A stretch of 64,000 nucleotides of DNA from Candidatus Aminicenantes bacterium (GCA_963805045.1 CAWDTC010000014.1:76359-140358), one strand, 5' to 3'; counted from the stretch's first letter, positions 1 through 11,100 are shown. Program-made: numbers and translations. The notes: generated by a model from the letters alone, not told the origin.

Positions 1-1301
1 GTCCTGCGCCGGCTGGCCAACCCCGATTCGTACACGTACAACGAGTACATGAGAACGAAGCGCACGACCGGCGGGGTGACGGGGACGGTCGACCTCGGTT
101 CGGGTTTCGACCTGGCCGTGGCGGCCTATTACCGTCACACGCAAGTACACGGAGTCCGTGCCGTCGGACGTCGACCACCGCGGACTACGACCTGCCGGGG
201 TTCCGGTTCCAGGTCAACAACAAGGCCGGCGAGGGGTGGCTCAAGAACCACCTGAGCGTCGGGACGGACATGGCCTGGCAGTCGTTCGACGAGACCAAGT
301 ACCCGAACCTCGGCGGCGCCGTCGAGGGACCGGATCTCCTGGCCGACCAGAACGTGCTGCAGACGGGCGCGGGTGTCTTCGTCCTCGACCGGGTCGAGCT
401 CGGCCCCGCGTGGGGCGTCTCAGGGAGCGTCCGGTACGACCGCGTCACGGACAAGCTGACCGACAATCTCCAGGCCGACGGGATCGACCTCTCGAGCCGG
501 GTCGCCTATCATCGGGCGACCGGCCGGCTCGGCGTGACTTGGAACCCGCTCTCCGACTTCGGCCTCTACGCCAGCTGGGGAACGGGATTCCTGCCGCCCG
601 GGACCGAGGAGCTCGTCGAGAATCCCTATTCGCTCGGCGGCTTCAACACCCACCTCGTCGCCGCGACGTCCATGGGCGAGGAGATCGGGGCGCGGGGCTC
701 GATCACCAAGGCCTTCACCTACGACCTCGCCCTGTTCCACCTGGCCACGAAGAACGATTTCGGCCGCTACCGGATGGCCGACCGTCCTCTCGAGACCTTC
801 TACGGCAACGTCGGTCCGACCAAAAGGTACGGGGTCGAAGCGGCGCTGGCCTGGTTCCCGATCGAGCCGCTGGCCCTGAGGCTGGCCTACACCTACTCCC
901 ACTACAAGTACGGCACCGTCGAAACGCTGAACGGGGAAACGTTCGACGGCACCTGGCTCCCCAACATCCCCCAGCACCAGCTCTACCTCGACGGCGAGTA
1001 CCATATCACCCCGGCCCTGACCGTAGGAGCCGCCCTCGAGTACGTCAGCGCCTGGTACATCGACTCGACAAACGTGACCTACCCCAACGGTTACGGCCGG
1101 ACCGACCCGTACGCCCTCGTCCACGTCCGTGTCGGATACAAGTTCATGGCCGGCGGGATACCCATGGAACTGCTCCTCTCGGGCCACAACATCTTCAACG
1201 TCCTCTACTACGGGTTCACGGAGCCCGACCCGGACGGCAATTCCTACCAGCCGGCGGCGACGGCGGAATGGACGCTCGGCCTGCGTCTCGGCTTCAAATA
1301 A
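1..1301 (+). pseudogene. TonB-dependent receptor, C-terminal beta-barrel part (5' end outside window; two frame changes near 150-190)
   Basis: ORF 270..1301 shows an alternating beta-strand pattern and a terminal ...WTLGLRLGFK typical of TonB-dependent receptors. Upstream, receptor-like sequence runs in frame 1 (VLRRLANPDSYTYNEY...AAYYRH), then frame 2 (KYTESVPSDVDH), then frame 3 (DYDLPGFRFQVNNKAGEGW...). Confidence 0.75.
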
Positions 1302-1322
1302 GGGCCTGAGCGGTCGCCGGCT

Positions 1323-4300
1323 TCAGCGGACCGGGCCGAGGTCCCTGATCTCGGTCACGACGAGCCGCACCGGTCCCAGCAGGCCGGACGGGACGAGCGC
1401 GTCGCCCTTTTTCCAGAGGCGCCAGCTGGTGAAGGTGAACCGGCCCGTCGGGCTCGGCTTCCCGGCCTGGAGCCAGGCGGGCCATTCCTTGAGCGTGCCG
1501 TCCTTGTTGCGCCGGCTGTCCTCGGGGAGCGACTCGTCGCCGATCATCCGGTTCGGCCAGAGGTTCGTCACCCGGATCTCCAGAGCGTTCGGGCCGGCTT
1601 TCAAGGCGTCCGTGACGTCCACGCGGTAGGGAGGCTTCCAAAGAAGGCCGAGGTCGCGGCCGTTGACCTTGAGCTCGGCCATGACCCGGACGTCGCCGAG
1701 GTCGAGGTAGACGCGGCGGTCCTTCGCCCCCGCCGCGAAGCCCTCGGGCGCGGTCACCGTCCCAAGATACGTCGCTGTTCCCGAAAAGAACCTGACGCCC
1801 GGGTCTCCGGAATCCGTCCACGAGCCGAGCCGCTCGAACGTCGCCCGCTCCGGCGCACCGCAACCGGCCGGGAAGCGGACCTCCCACGGGCCGCCGATCT
1901 CGACCGGCGTCGGCACGGACGCGACGTCGCTCCGCAACGTCTTTCCGGACGCGGTCTTGAGCTCGTAGGCGCCCGGCCGCCACATCTCGGCCTGGAGACG
2001 GCCGTCGGCGCCGCGGCGGAGGTCGAGGACCTCTTCGGTCCGCTCGGTCGGCCTCAGGTCAACCGTCTCCGGGTCCGTGGCCGTGACCGACAGGGCTTTC
2101 CCGCCCATCCGGTAGTCGAGGGCGAGCGTCTTGACGACGTTCGCGGCCGGGTCGTCACCCTCCGCGAGCCGCGCGACGCGGAAGCTCGTCTCGCCCGAAT
2201 CGGCCAGCCGCTGGACCCTCTCGCGCACGTCGCGGGTGCGCGCGGCGTCGCCCGGGACGCCGTAGACAGCCTTATCCACGACGAGGGCCTCCGGCGTCGC
2301 AGGGGTCGTCGTCCAGAGGGATTTCCCGTCGCGCGAGGCGGCGACGATGCCCGCGTCCTTGGCCCCGGCCTCACGAAAGACGACGAAGACCGAGCCGCTC
2401 GGCCCGAGCGGGAGCATCACGCTCGTTCCACCGTCACGCCGCTCGAAGGCCGCGGCGCGCTCGACGCGCCCCGTTTCGGGCCACCAGAGCTCGGGAACTT
2501 TGCCGGCGACGCGGAACTCGGCCGCCGCCGTCACCTCGAAGGGCTCGGGATTGGAGACGAAGTAGATGTCCGCGCCGCCGTCGACGCGGTGGATATAGCG
2601 CCAGCGGGCCGCGCCCGCGAAATCGGGCCCGACACCCATGCCGGCGAGGACCTCCTCGGGCGTCTCGCCGGAGACGACCCTCCCCTGCCCGAGGCGATGC
2701 TCCTTGACCGTCTTCCCGTCGCAATCGGCCCAGAGCTCGTCCGCCAGCCGCCTGACCTCGTCGTCGCACGCCGGATAGCCGGAGAGGCTCGGCGATCGTT
2801 CCGGCCGCGGCCCGACGACCGTCGCCCCGTCCTTGACGAGGGCGACGACCTTGCGCAGGAGGGCCGGGGTCATGACCGGCGAATCGGAAAGCGCGAGGAG
2901 CCTGTAGCTCATGCCTCCAGGCGAGGACGAGCCGCCCGTCCTTCGCCGTCATCCGCTCGATGACGACCTCGGCCGAGGCCTCGTCCCAGTCGTAGCCGCG
3001 GCGCGGGTGGTCGGCGAAGCTCTGCGGCGGCGCCTCCGGCTGGAGATAACAGATGTCGGCCGCGAAGGTCCCGCGGCGGAGCATGAACTGGCAGCGGGCC
3101 AGGTATTCGTGCCAGCCCGGCGTCAGCTCCCACCAGGTGTTGGTCCGCTCGTAATGGAGACCCCACGGGCCCATGGTCATGCCGGGCCGGCGGTCGATCC
3201 AGGGCTGCATCGCATAGCGGTGGAAGACGAAGCGGTTGACGCCGTCGGTGAAGGCGCGGTCGCCGAGGGACTTGATCGAGGCCGGATGCTCCAGCCACTT
3301 CTCGCGGTCGCCCGCGGTGAACGACTCGGCGCCGAGGATGGTCTTGCCGTAGGTGTGCACGGCGGAGGCCATGCCCTTGACCGTCTCGAGCGCGCCGCCG
3401 CCCATCCAGAACTCGCACATCGGCTCGTCGGCCTCGCCGGCGTAGGGCAGGTCGTCGCAGGGGCCGCCGTAGGCCTCGATGGAGAGGCGCAGGCCGCGGG
3501 CGCGGGCCAGCTCGCCGAGGCCGCGGGCGTAATTCTCGACGACGAGCTCGGAGACCGTCCGGCGCAGGTCCCACAGGAAGCGCTCGGAGATCTCCAGGCT
3601 CCCGACGACCCGCCCCGTGAAGACCGGCAGATAGGGGTGGAGGTCGTAGCCGCGGCGCTTGGCGAATTCGGCCGCCATCGCCGCGGTCCAGTTCTGAGAG
3701 CCGTTCTCCCAGCTGTCGATGTGCGTCGAGACGAGGACCTTGCCGGCCGCCGGGCCCGCGTCGGCGATGAGCTTCTCCATCATGCCGCGGTAGTTGGCCT
3801 CGATCCCCGCTCGGGAGAGCTTGTCGCACTCGAGGCCGCGGCCGCTTTTCGGCGCCGGGGCGTTCTCGACGCCCGTCGTGGTGTGGCCGAAACGCACGAC
3901 GGTCCACTTTCCGGCCGGAACGTCCCAGGTCAGGCGGCCGTTCGCGTCCAGCCGCTCCTTGAGGTCGACGATCCGCGCCGGGTCGATGACCTCCGCGGCG
4001 GGCAGGTCGCCCCGGGCGGGCGCCCCGACGGCGCCGACCTCGTAGGCCGCCTTGGCCTTGATGCCGGCGATCCGATAGGCGCCCGGCGTCGGGAAGGCCA
4101 GGACCGCGATGTCGCGATAGAACCCGGCCGTTGCCTGGGGCTGAGGCAGGGGGCTCGGCGAACCGGCGCGGCCCCGCGACCTCGGTCTCGGTCCAGACGA
4201 CCTTCTGCATCGACTCCTCGGGCTTGATCCATGGCCCGCCGCTCCCGTTCCAGCCGGCGTCGTCGTTCATGTTGATCTCGAGCCCGAGCCGCTCCGCCTC

Positions 4301-4645
4301 GGCCACGGCGTGGTGGAAGAGCGCCCGCCAACCGTCGGACATGAAGCCGACCGGCCCGACCGGCGCGCCCTGGTCGACTTCCATGATCAGGACGCCGCCG
4401 ATGCCGGCACGTTTCATCGCCTCGAGGTCGGCGGTGATGCCTTCCTTGGTGATATTGCCGTTGAGCCAGAACCAATAGACCCAGGGCCGGGCGGAGGGAG
4501 GCGGATTGACGAAGCCGCCTTCGAGGTCCGCCGGCACGGCGGGGGCGGGCGCGGCGGCCCGGCGCCCGCACGCGGCGGAGGCCAGAAGGGTCGAAAGAGC
4601 GACGATTCCGAGGACGGCATGTCGGGAATGATGGTCGGTCTTCAT
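1323..4645 (-). pseudogene. Exported ~1100-aa glycoside hydrolase (GH106 / 'GH2 sugar-binding'-like), reading frame broken near 4140 and 2920
   Basis: ATG 4645 has an AAGGAGG SD 5 nt upstream. Signal peptide MKTDHHSRHAVLGIVALSTLLASAAC is followed by PWVYWFWLNGNITKEGITADLEAMKRAGIGG, typical of this large exported hydrolase family. The sequence continues in a second frame (ATAGFYRDIAVLAF... into ORF 2434..3897) and a third frame (ORF 1323..2912). Span length is not a multiple of 3. Confidence 0.7.
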
Positions 4646-4707
4646 GTGGACCTCCTTGTGGCGGCTTATCACGGCCCCGCGAGGACGCGCCCGTCCGAGC
4701 GCGATCC

Positions 4708-6018
4708 TCAGACGAGGGCGCCCTTCCTGACGATCGCCTCCATGACGTCGGCGAACGTATCGATCTCCCGGACCGTCAGCGAGACGTTGACGACGATGCG
4801 GATGCCGTCGACGAGGCCGTCCGGGTGCTTGATGCCCGAGACGATGATGCCGTACTTGTCGAGAAGGTGCGCGGCGAGCTTGTCCATGTCCAGACCCTCG
4901 ACGCCGATGGTGGCGATGGCGCAGGACTCGGCCGGGTCGAGGCTCGTGTAGAACCGGACCTTGGGCAGGGCGCGGAGCCGGTTGGCCCAGCGCTCCTTGA
5001 GGTAGCGGAGGCGGGCCGACTTGCGCTCGATGCCGATGCCCTCGTTGAAGGTGATGGCCTCGGCGATGGCGATGCGGTTGGCCGGGGTGCGCGTGCCGAC
5101 GTCCTCGAAGCGGCGGATGTCGTTCGGCGTGTCCGTCCAGGGCGGCGTCAGAGGCCAGAGCTTGGGGATGCGGTCCTTGGGGATGCGGACGAAGCCGTTC
5201 CCCGGCGGGGCCATCAGCCATTTGTGGAGGCTCGCCGTGTAGTAGTCGCAGCCGAGGTCGGCCAGCTTGAACGGCACGTGCATGAAGCCGTGGGCGCCGT
5301 CGACGATGACCTCGATGCCCTTGGCGTGGGCCATGTCCGAGATCCGCCGGACGGGCGACATCTGGCCCGTGTAGTGGGTCATGTGGCAGACGAGGATGGC
5401 CTTCGTCCGGGGCGTCACCTGCTCGGCGACGAGATCGTAGAACTTGTCGAGCGGCACGGGCGGGGCGGGAAGCTTGGCCATCTTGAGGACGATGCCCTCG
5501 CGTTTCTCGCGCTGCTTCCAGGTGCCGATGAGCCGCGGGTAATCCTGGTTCGTGGTGACGACCTCGTCGCCGGGCTTGAGGTCGAGGCCGAGGATGGCGA
5601 TCTGGCCCGCCTCCGAGCCGCCGCGGCAGAGGACGAGCTCCTCGGGGTCGCAGCCGAGGTGAGCCCCGAGCCGGCGCCGGCAGCTCTCGATCTCCTTGTT
5701 CAGGACGGCCATCGACTGCCAGGCGGCGCCGCTCGTGAAGTCGCTGTGCCTCTGGACCGACTCCTGGACGATGCGCAGGCCGTTCTGGACGGTGCCGTTG
5801 TTCAGGTTGATGTAGTTGCGGTCGAGGGCGAAGGCCTGCTGGACCTCGAACCAGAAGTCCTCGTCGGCCGCCACTTGTTCGGGGGTCATGTCGGCGGTGT
5901 CGCGCCCGGCGGCCAGGATGCGCTCGAGAGCGTTCGCGGGGGTCGCGGCCAGAGCGCCCACGCCGACGGCGCAGTCGCGGATGAAGTCGCGCCGGTTCAG
6001 GCTGTCCTTGGATGCCAT
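4708..6018 (-). CDS. Aminotransferase class V-fold PLP-dependent enzyme with twin-arginine (Tat) signal
   Basis: Intact 436-aa ORF. N-terminus SLNRRDFIRDCAVGVGALAATPANA is Tat-type. Class V features include VIVDGAHG and YYTASLHKWL (PLP-lysine context). It ends 62 nt upstream of the hydrolase gene on the same strand. Confidence 0.85.
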   Translation of the reverse strand: MASKDSLNRRDFIRDCAVGVGALAATPANALERILAAGRDTADMTPEQVAADEDFWFEVQQAFALDRNYINLNNGTVQNGLRIVQESVQRHSDFTSGAAWQSMAVLNKEIESCRRRLGAHLGCDPEELVLCRGGSEAGQIAILGLDLKPGDEVVTTNQDYPRLIGTWKQREKREGIVLKMAKLPAPPVPLDKFYDLVAEQVTPRTKAILVCHMTHYTGQMSPVRRISDMAHAKGIEVIVDGAHGFMHVPFKLADLGCDYYTASLHKWLMAPPGNGFVRIPKDRIPKLWPLTPPWTDTPNDIRRFEDVGTRTPANRIAIAEAITFNEGIGIERKSARLRYLKERWANRLRALPKVRFYTSLDPAESCAIATIGVEGLDMDKLAAHLLDKYGIIVSGIKHPDGLVDGIRIVVNVSLTVREIDTFADVMEAIVRKGALV

Positions 6019-6251
6019 GTCGCCTCCTCGTTCGCGCTTTGGTGAGACGGACCGCCTGCGCGGCCCCGCTCAATTTAACCCAGGTCGAGAGCGGTTTTCA
6101 AGGACATCGCCCCGCCGGCCGGAGGGCGGGAGTCCCGCGCGGCGAACATCGGTCCCGTCCGGGAAGATGACGGGCAGGAAATCGGCGTGCCGCGAACGGC
6201 CGGCCCGACCGCCGCCGCCTGGAAAAGCGATAACGGATGGTCGCCCCGACT

Positions 6252-6267
6252 TGGCACGCTCTTTGCA
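6252..6267 (+). promoter_or_regulatory. Sigma-54 (RpoN) -24/-12 promoter
   Basis: TGGCAC-GCTCT-TTGCA matches the TGGCAC-N5-TTGCW consensus exactly. Same strand as the CsgG-like ATG (6446) and about 180 nt upstream of it. Confidence 0.6.
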
Positions 6268-6445
6268 TTTTCACCGGCTTAGAGCAGACGGTGATGCGCC
6301 TGCTTGGGGGCCGCCGGCAGGGACGGAGATGGGCTCGGAGAAATCGACCCTACCTCCCGCCGGGGCCCCCGCATATCTTAATTCGGGGCAGGCCGGGAAT
6401 GAGAACGAGGGTCGTTCCGGCCCGGGGCCTCCAGGAGGGGAGATC

Positions 6446-7390
6446 ATGAAAAACCGCCGGGCGAAATCCGTCCTCAAGTTCTGCGCGCTCCTCGGGTTGA
6501 CGGGGCTCCTGCTGGGCCCGAGAGCGTGGGGCGACCAGAAGACCCTGGCCGTCATGAAGTTCACCACGACCGCCGGCGGAGGCCGGAGCTACTGGTACAA
6601 CGCGAGCTGGGACCTCGGCGAGGGCATGGCCGAGATGCTCACGACGGCCCTCGTCGGGACCGGAAAGTACAGGATCGTGGAGCGCCAACAGCTCCATGAT
6701 GTCCTCGGCGAGCAGGACCTCGGGGCGAGCGGCCGGGTCGACCCCGAAACGGCCACGAAGATCGGCAAGATCCTCGGCGCCCGCTATCTCGTGTACGGGA
6801 CGGTCAACGAGTTCGAATACTCCCGGGCCGGCGAGGGCGGCGGCGTCCGGATCGGCGGATTCCGCGTCGGCGCGAGCGAGGCGAAGGCCCACATCGGCAT
6901 GGACATCCGCATCGTCGACGGGCTCACGAGCGAGATCCTCTTCTCCACGCGCTCGACCGCCGATGCGACGAGGACGGGGTTCAAGGTCGGCTACTCCGCC
7001 GCGGACTTCGGCACGAGCCTGGGGGCCTTCCAGCAGACGCCTCTCGGCGAGGCCACCCGGAAGGCCATCGAATACGCCGTCGCGAAGATCGTCAACGAAT
7101 TCGGGACGGAGGCTCCTCCGGCGCCGGCCGTGAAGTGGTCGGGGACGCTCATCGTCGCCGACGACGGGACGCTCGTCATCAAGGCCGGAAGCCAGGCGGG
7201 ACTGAAGTCCGGCGACATCCTGACCGTGTTCAGGGCGAGGACGGCCAAGGCCGGGAACGAGGTCCTGACGGTCGGGGAAGATCAGATCGGGAAGGTCCGG
7301 CTGACCTCGGTCGGCGACTCGGCCTCTTCTGCGGCCGTCGTGGAGGGCAGCGGTTTCAAGACTGGGGATATCGTCAGGAGCGGCGTCTGA
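6446..7390 (+). CDS. CsgG-family (curli-type secretion/assembly component-like) periplasmic/OM protein with extra C-terminal domain
   Basis: ATG 6446 follows a GGAGGGGAG SD. Signal peptide MKNRRAKSVLKFCALLGLTGLLLGPRAWG. Core TLAVMKF...GEGMAEMLTTALVGTGKYRIVERQQLHDVLGEQDLGASGRVDPETATKIGKILGARYLVYGTVNEF matches the CsgG family signature. An extra ~100 aa lies at the C-terminus (VKWSGTLIV...GDIVRSGV). Listed ORF 5816..7390 is coding only from 6446. Confidence 0.75.
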   Translation: MKNRRAKSVLKFCALLGLTGLLLGPRAWGDQKTLAVMKFTTTAGGGRSYWYNASWDLGEGMAEMLTTALVGTGKYRIVERQQLHDVLGEQDLGASGRVDPETATKIGKILGARYLVYGTVNEFEYSRAGEGGGVRIGGFRVGASEAKAHIGMDIRIVDGLTSEILFSTRSTADATRTGFKVGYSAADFGTSLGAFQQTPLGEATRKAIEYAVAKIVNEFGTEAPPAPAVKWSGTLIVADDGTLVIKAGSQAGLKSGDILTVFRARTAKAGNEVLTVGEDQIGKVRLTSVGDSASSAAVVEGSGFKTGDIVRSGV

Positions 7391-7517
7391 GGGCGGCCGA
7401 GTTTACGCAGGGACGCCCATCGCTCTAGGTTCCACGTCGGAGTACTCGGCGAAATCCATCGCCAAGGGGCAGGCCAGGTACAGGATCCTCGACCCGCGCT
7501 GACCCAGTGCCTGAGGC

Positions 7518-7934
7518 TTACTTCTTGGTCGGCGCTTTGCCCTCGTCGTGGGATTCGGTCGGTGGATGGCCCTGGCCGCCCTCCGCGGGCTTCGGCGCGG
7601 CGGCCTTCTTCTCGGGCTTTGGCTTCTTTTCCTTGGCCTCCGCGGAACCCTTCTTCGGCTTCTCGGGCTTGCCGCCTTCCTCTTCCTTCGCGGGGGCCGC
7701 CGCTTTGGCCGCTTTCCTCTTCACCAACTCCTCGGCCAGCTTTTCCTGGGCGGCGATGGCCCTCAGCCGGCGGTTCACGGTCCTGATCTCCGCTTTCAGG
7801 TTCCTGACGAGGGGGTCCTTGTCAACCTTGGCGGGTTCGACGCCCTTGACCGAGAGCGATTTCAGCCGGTCCTTCAGCTTTTGCTCGAAATAGGCCTTGT
7901 GCCTCAGATGGATTTCTTTCCTTTTCGACGCCAT
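7518..7934 (-). CDS. Hypothetical basic protein with Lys/Ala/Pro/Glu-rich low-complexity tail
   Basis: 138-aa ORF with a GAGGAGGAG SD directly upstream. Ordered N-terminal ~70 aa, then AAKAAAPAKEEEGGKPEKPKKGSAEAKEKKPKPEKKAAAPKPAEG. No family recognised. Confidence 0.6.
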   Translation of the reverse strand: MASKRKEIHLRHKAYFEQKLKDRLKSLSVKGVEPAKVDKDPLVRNLKAEIRTVNRRLRAIAAQEKLAEELVKRKAAKAAAPAKEEEGGKPEKPKKGSAEAKEKKPKPEKKAAAPKPAEGGQGHPPTESHDEGKAPTKK

Positions 7935-8137
7935 TCTCTCCTCCTCATCGATTCCGCTCGTTATTCCGGCGGGAACGGGCCGCTCAGCGTTCCTTCTTGC
8001 CCGCCGGGCCGATCAGTGTAAGCCGTATATTTATATCAGGGTTCCGGCCAAAAAGCCATCCCTGGGCCTTAACAAAGGCCTTGAAAACCCGCGTCCGCCC
8101 GCGCTATAGTGAGGCAAAGCGAAAGGGGTATCGGGAC

Positions 8138-11100
8138 ATGAAGTGTCCTGCCTGCCACTCTGAAAACCCTGCCGACAGCCAATTCTGCCATAAGTGCGGA
8201 TCGTCCATCGAGATCTCCACCTCCCCGACCCTCTCCTACTCGCCCGCCCAGGAGACCGCGCGTCGGCGAGAGCCTCAAGTTCAACCCCGGGGATAAGTTC
8301 GGCGACCGCTATACGATCATCGAGGAGATCGGCCGCGGAGGGATGGGCAGGGTCTATAAGGCCAAGGACCAGGAATTGGGGATCACGGTCGTTCTCAAGA
8401 TGATCCGCCCCGATCTCACGTTGCGGCCGGGCATGGTCGACCAGTTCAGGAAGGAAACCCTGCTCGGCAGGTCGGTCTCTCACGAGAACGTGGTCAGAAT
8501 CCATGACATTGGGGCGGTGAACGACATCCGGTACATCTCCATGGATTTCATCAAGGGGGAGAACCTCTTCGAACTCATGGAGACGTCGGGCACCCTGACG
8601 CTTTCGACTTGCATGGGCATCGCTCTCCAGGTTTGCCGGGCGCTGAAGGCGGCCCACGAGAAGGGGATCGTCCACCAGGACCTCAAGCCCCAGAACATCA
8701 TGATCGACAATTCCGGGAAGGTCTATGTCACGGACTTCGGCCTGGCCAAGTCCGTCTCCGCGCCCCCCGCGCATCGCCTGGGCAAGGTCTCTGGCACGCC
8801 GAAGTATTTCTCGCCGGAGCAGGCCCGGGGCGATGAGTCGGACCGGAGGTCGGACATCTATTCCCTGGGGGTCATCCTGTACGAAATGGTGGCGGGGACT
8901 CCCCCGTTCAAGGCCGATTCGGTTGAGGGCTACATCAAGAAGCACGCGTCCGAGAAGCCGCCCCTGCCCTCCAAGTTCAATGCGGATATCCCACCCGCCT
9001 GCGAGAAGATCATCCTCAAGTGTTTAGAGAAGAAAAAGGAAGACAGGTATCAGAGTATCGATGATCTCATCAGGGACCTCGAAGCCCAAAAGGCGCATGT
9101 CACGGGGGCTGGGAGCAATTGGCAGGTTGAGAAGGTGGCAGAAGGCCGTGGTCGTCTCCGCTCTGGTCCTCGTCGCCGGGGTCGGCATCTACGAACTCGC
9201 TAAAGGTCATCTTCCCGCCGAAGCCAGCACCTTCGCCTGGGCGTCATCGCCGTCATGTACGCCGTTAACAACTCCGGCGACAAGAGCCTGGACGACCGGC
9301 TCCGGTGGGTGATCCCTTACTACCTGGCCATGGCCCTCACGCAGTCCAAGTATCTCAGCGTGCTCCCCCAGGACCGGCTGATGCAGATCCTATCGGACAT
9401 GAAGCAAATGAACGAGGACCGCCCGCTCTCCAGGACGCTGGACAGGGTTTCAGACCAAGCGAACGTCGGCTATTTCGTCCTGCCCAGTTTCACAAAAGCC
9501 GGCGCCGATATCGCGGTCAGCTTCACGGTCAGGAGGGCCAAGAGCGACCAGACGGTCGGAGAGTCTGGCACGGTCAGGGGAAGGGGCCTCGAGGACGTCC
9601 CGTCAATGGCGGAAGAGATGAGCCAGAAGGTGAAATCCCAACTCAGCCTCTCCCCCGCCGAGATCGCCGGGGATGCGAATCAACGCCTGGACAAGATCAC
9701 GACGGTCTCTCCCGAAGCGGTTCGTTATTACGTGGAATCCCAGAAGTTCTTATGCCGAGGGAGACTTCAGGGCCAGCGTTCAGGCCCTGAAAGAGGCCGT
9801 CAAGGCGGATCCCAATTATGCGCTGGCCTACGAGCAAATGGCCGTCGATTACGGGTACCTTGGAGAATATGGGAACCTGCGGAAGGCGCTGCAAAAGGCC
9901 TTGGACCTCTCCGACCGGGTTTCCGAGAGGGATCGGTATTTTATCCAGGCCTACGCCGCCACGAGTTGAACGATTCTCCTCTGCCGGCGATCGAGATCTA
10001 TAAGAAGATCATCGGCCTTTACCCGGCGGATGAGGAAGCCTATGCCTCTCTGGGCGCGACTACCGGAATCTCGAGCAATGGGACCTCGCGATGAACCAGT
10101 ATGAGAAGGTTGCCGCCCTCAACCCGAAGTATCCGTTCCTGGCCGAGAACAAAGCTTATATCTATGCGGCTACGGGACGGTACAAGGAAGCCCTCGAGCT
10201 GAGCGAAGGCGGCGCGGCAGGCTCCTTCAACGTGAACTTTTTCCTCAGATACCTCCCCCTCCTGCATCTCATCCAAGGCCAATACGAAAGCGCGGCCGCG
10301 GAACTAAGAAGATCGCTCGAGCGCAGGCCCGACAGTCCCCGTCTCATCGAGCTCGAGGGAATCCTCGACCTCCTCAAGGGCGATTTCGGGAGTGCCGGGA
10401 AGGTCTTCGAGGAACTTCGACGGAAGGGCGAGGCGATCCCCGAAGCGCCTAATCAGTGTGGCCGGCGCCAGCTGGTGGGCATGCACGTGTTGCATGGTGA
10501 ATACCGTCAGGCCCAGAAGGAGATTTCCGAAGGGATCGAAATGGCCAGAAGATCCGACCTGGCTTGGGACGAGATGGACTATCGATTGTTGCTCGCGTAT
10601 ACGGAACTCCAGCTCAAGCGGTATTCGAGGGTCGTGGAAGCTTCAAAGCCGGCCCTCGAGATCGCCAGGAAGACCTTCGAATCTGAGAATCAAAAGTTTG
10701 CTCTCCATCTCCTTGGGTCTCGCGTCCCTCGGCCAGGGCCGCGTCCAAGAAGCGGCGGCCATCGCCGGGCAGCTTCATCAGCTCATCGAGCGAACAGCCT
10801 TCCCGAAGAGCATGAGGCATTACGAGCACTTGATGGGACATGTGGCCCTGAAAGAGGGGCATCCCGACGAGGCCGTGCGTCATTTTGAACAGGCCGTTTC
10901 ATTGTTGCCCTGCCAAGACGGAAATTTATGACGAGCAGGCCTTCTATTATGACGGCCTCGCCGCGGCCTACTACTCAGAGCGGCGATTGGCCCAAAGCCA
11001 TCGAAACCTACAAGTCCATCATCTCCATGACTACAGGAAGGCTCCGCTGGGGCGACATTTATGCCCGAAGCTACTACTGGCTCGGAAAATGCTATCAAAG

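Noticed and set aside
158-1309. Many long Arg/Gly/Pro/Ala-rich ORFs antisense to or out of frame with recognisable genes (for example 158..1309, 8031..8945, 16038..17240, 16061..17830, 23263..24846, 27199..28389, 46659..48158, 54932..56530, 57478..58680, 59908..61482, 61975..63285)
   Set aside because: Their composition is typical of non-coding frames in GC-rich sequence. Each overlaps a gene with clear family motifs on another frame or strand, and none has an SD or family motifs.
2909-6073. 1054-aa ORF on the minus strand, the longest in the track
   Set aside because: It is a composite of unrelated readings. Only about 4645-4140 in this frame is real coding (the hydrolase N-terminus). The rest is Arg/Pro/Gly-rich shadow reading across the aminotransferase gene and the other hydrolase frames, as expected in high-GC DNA.
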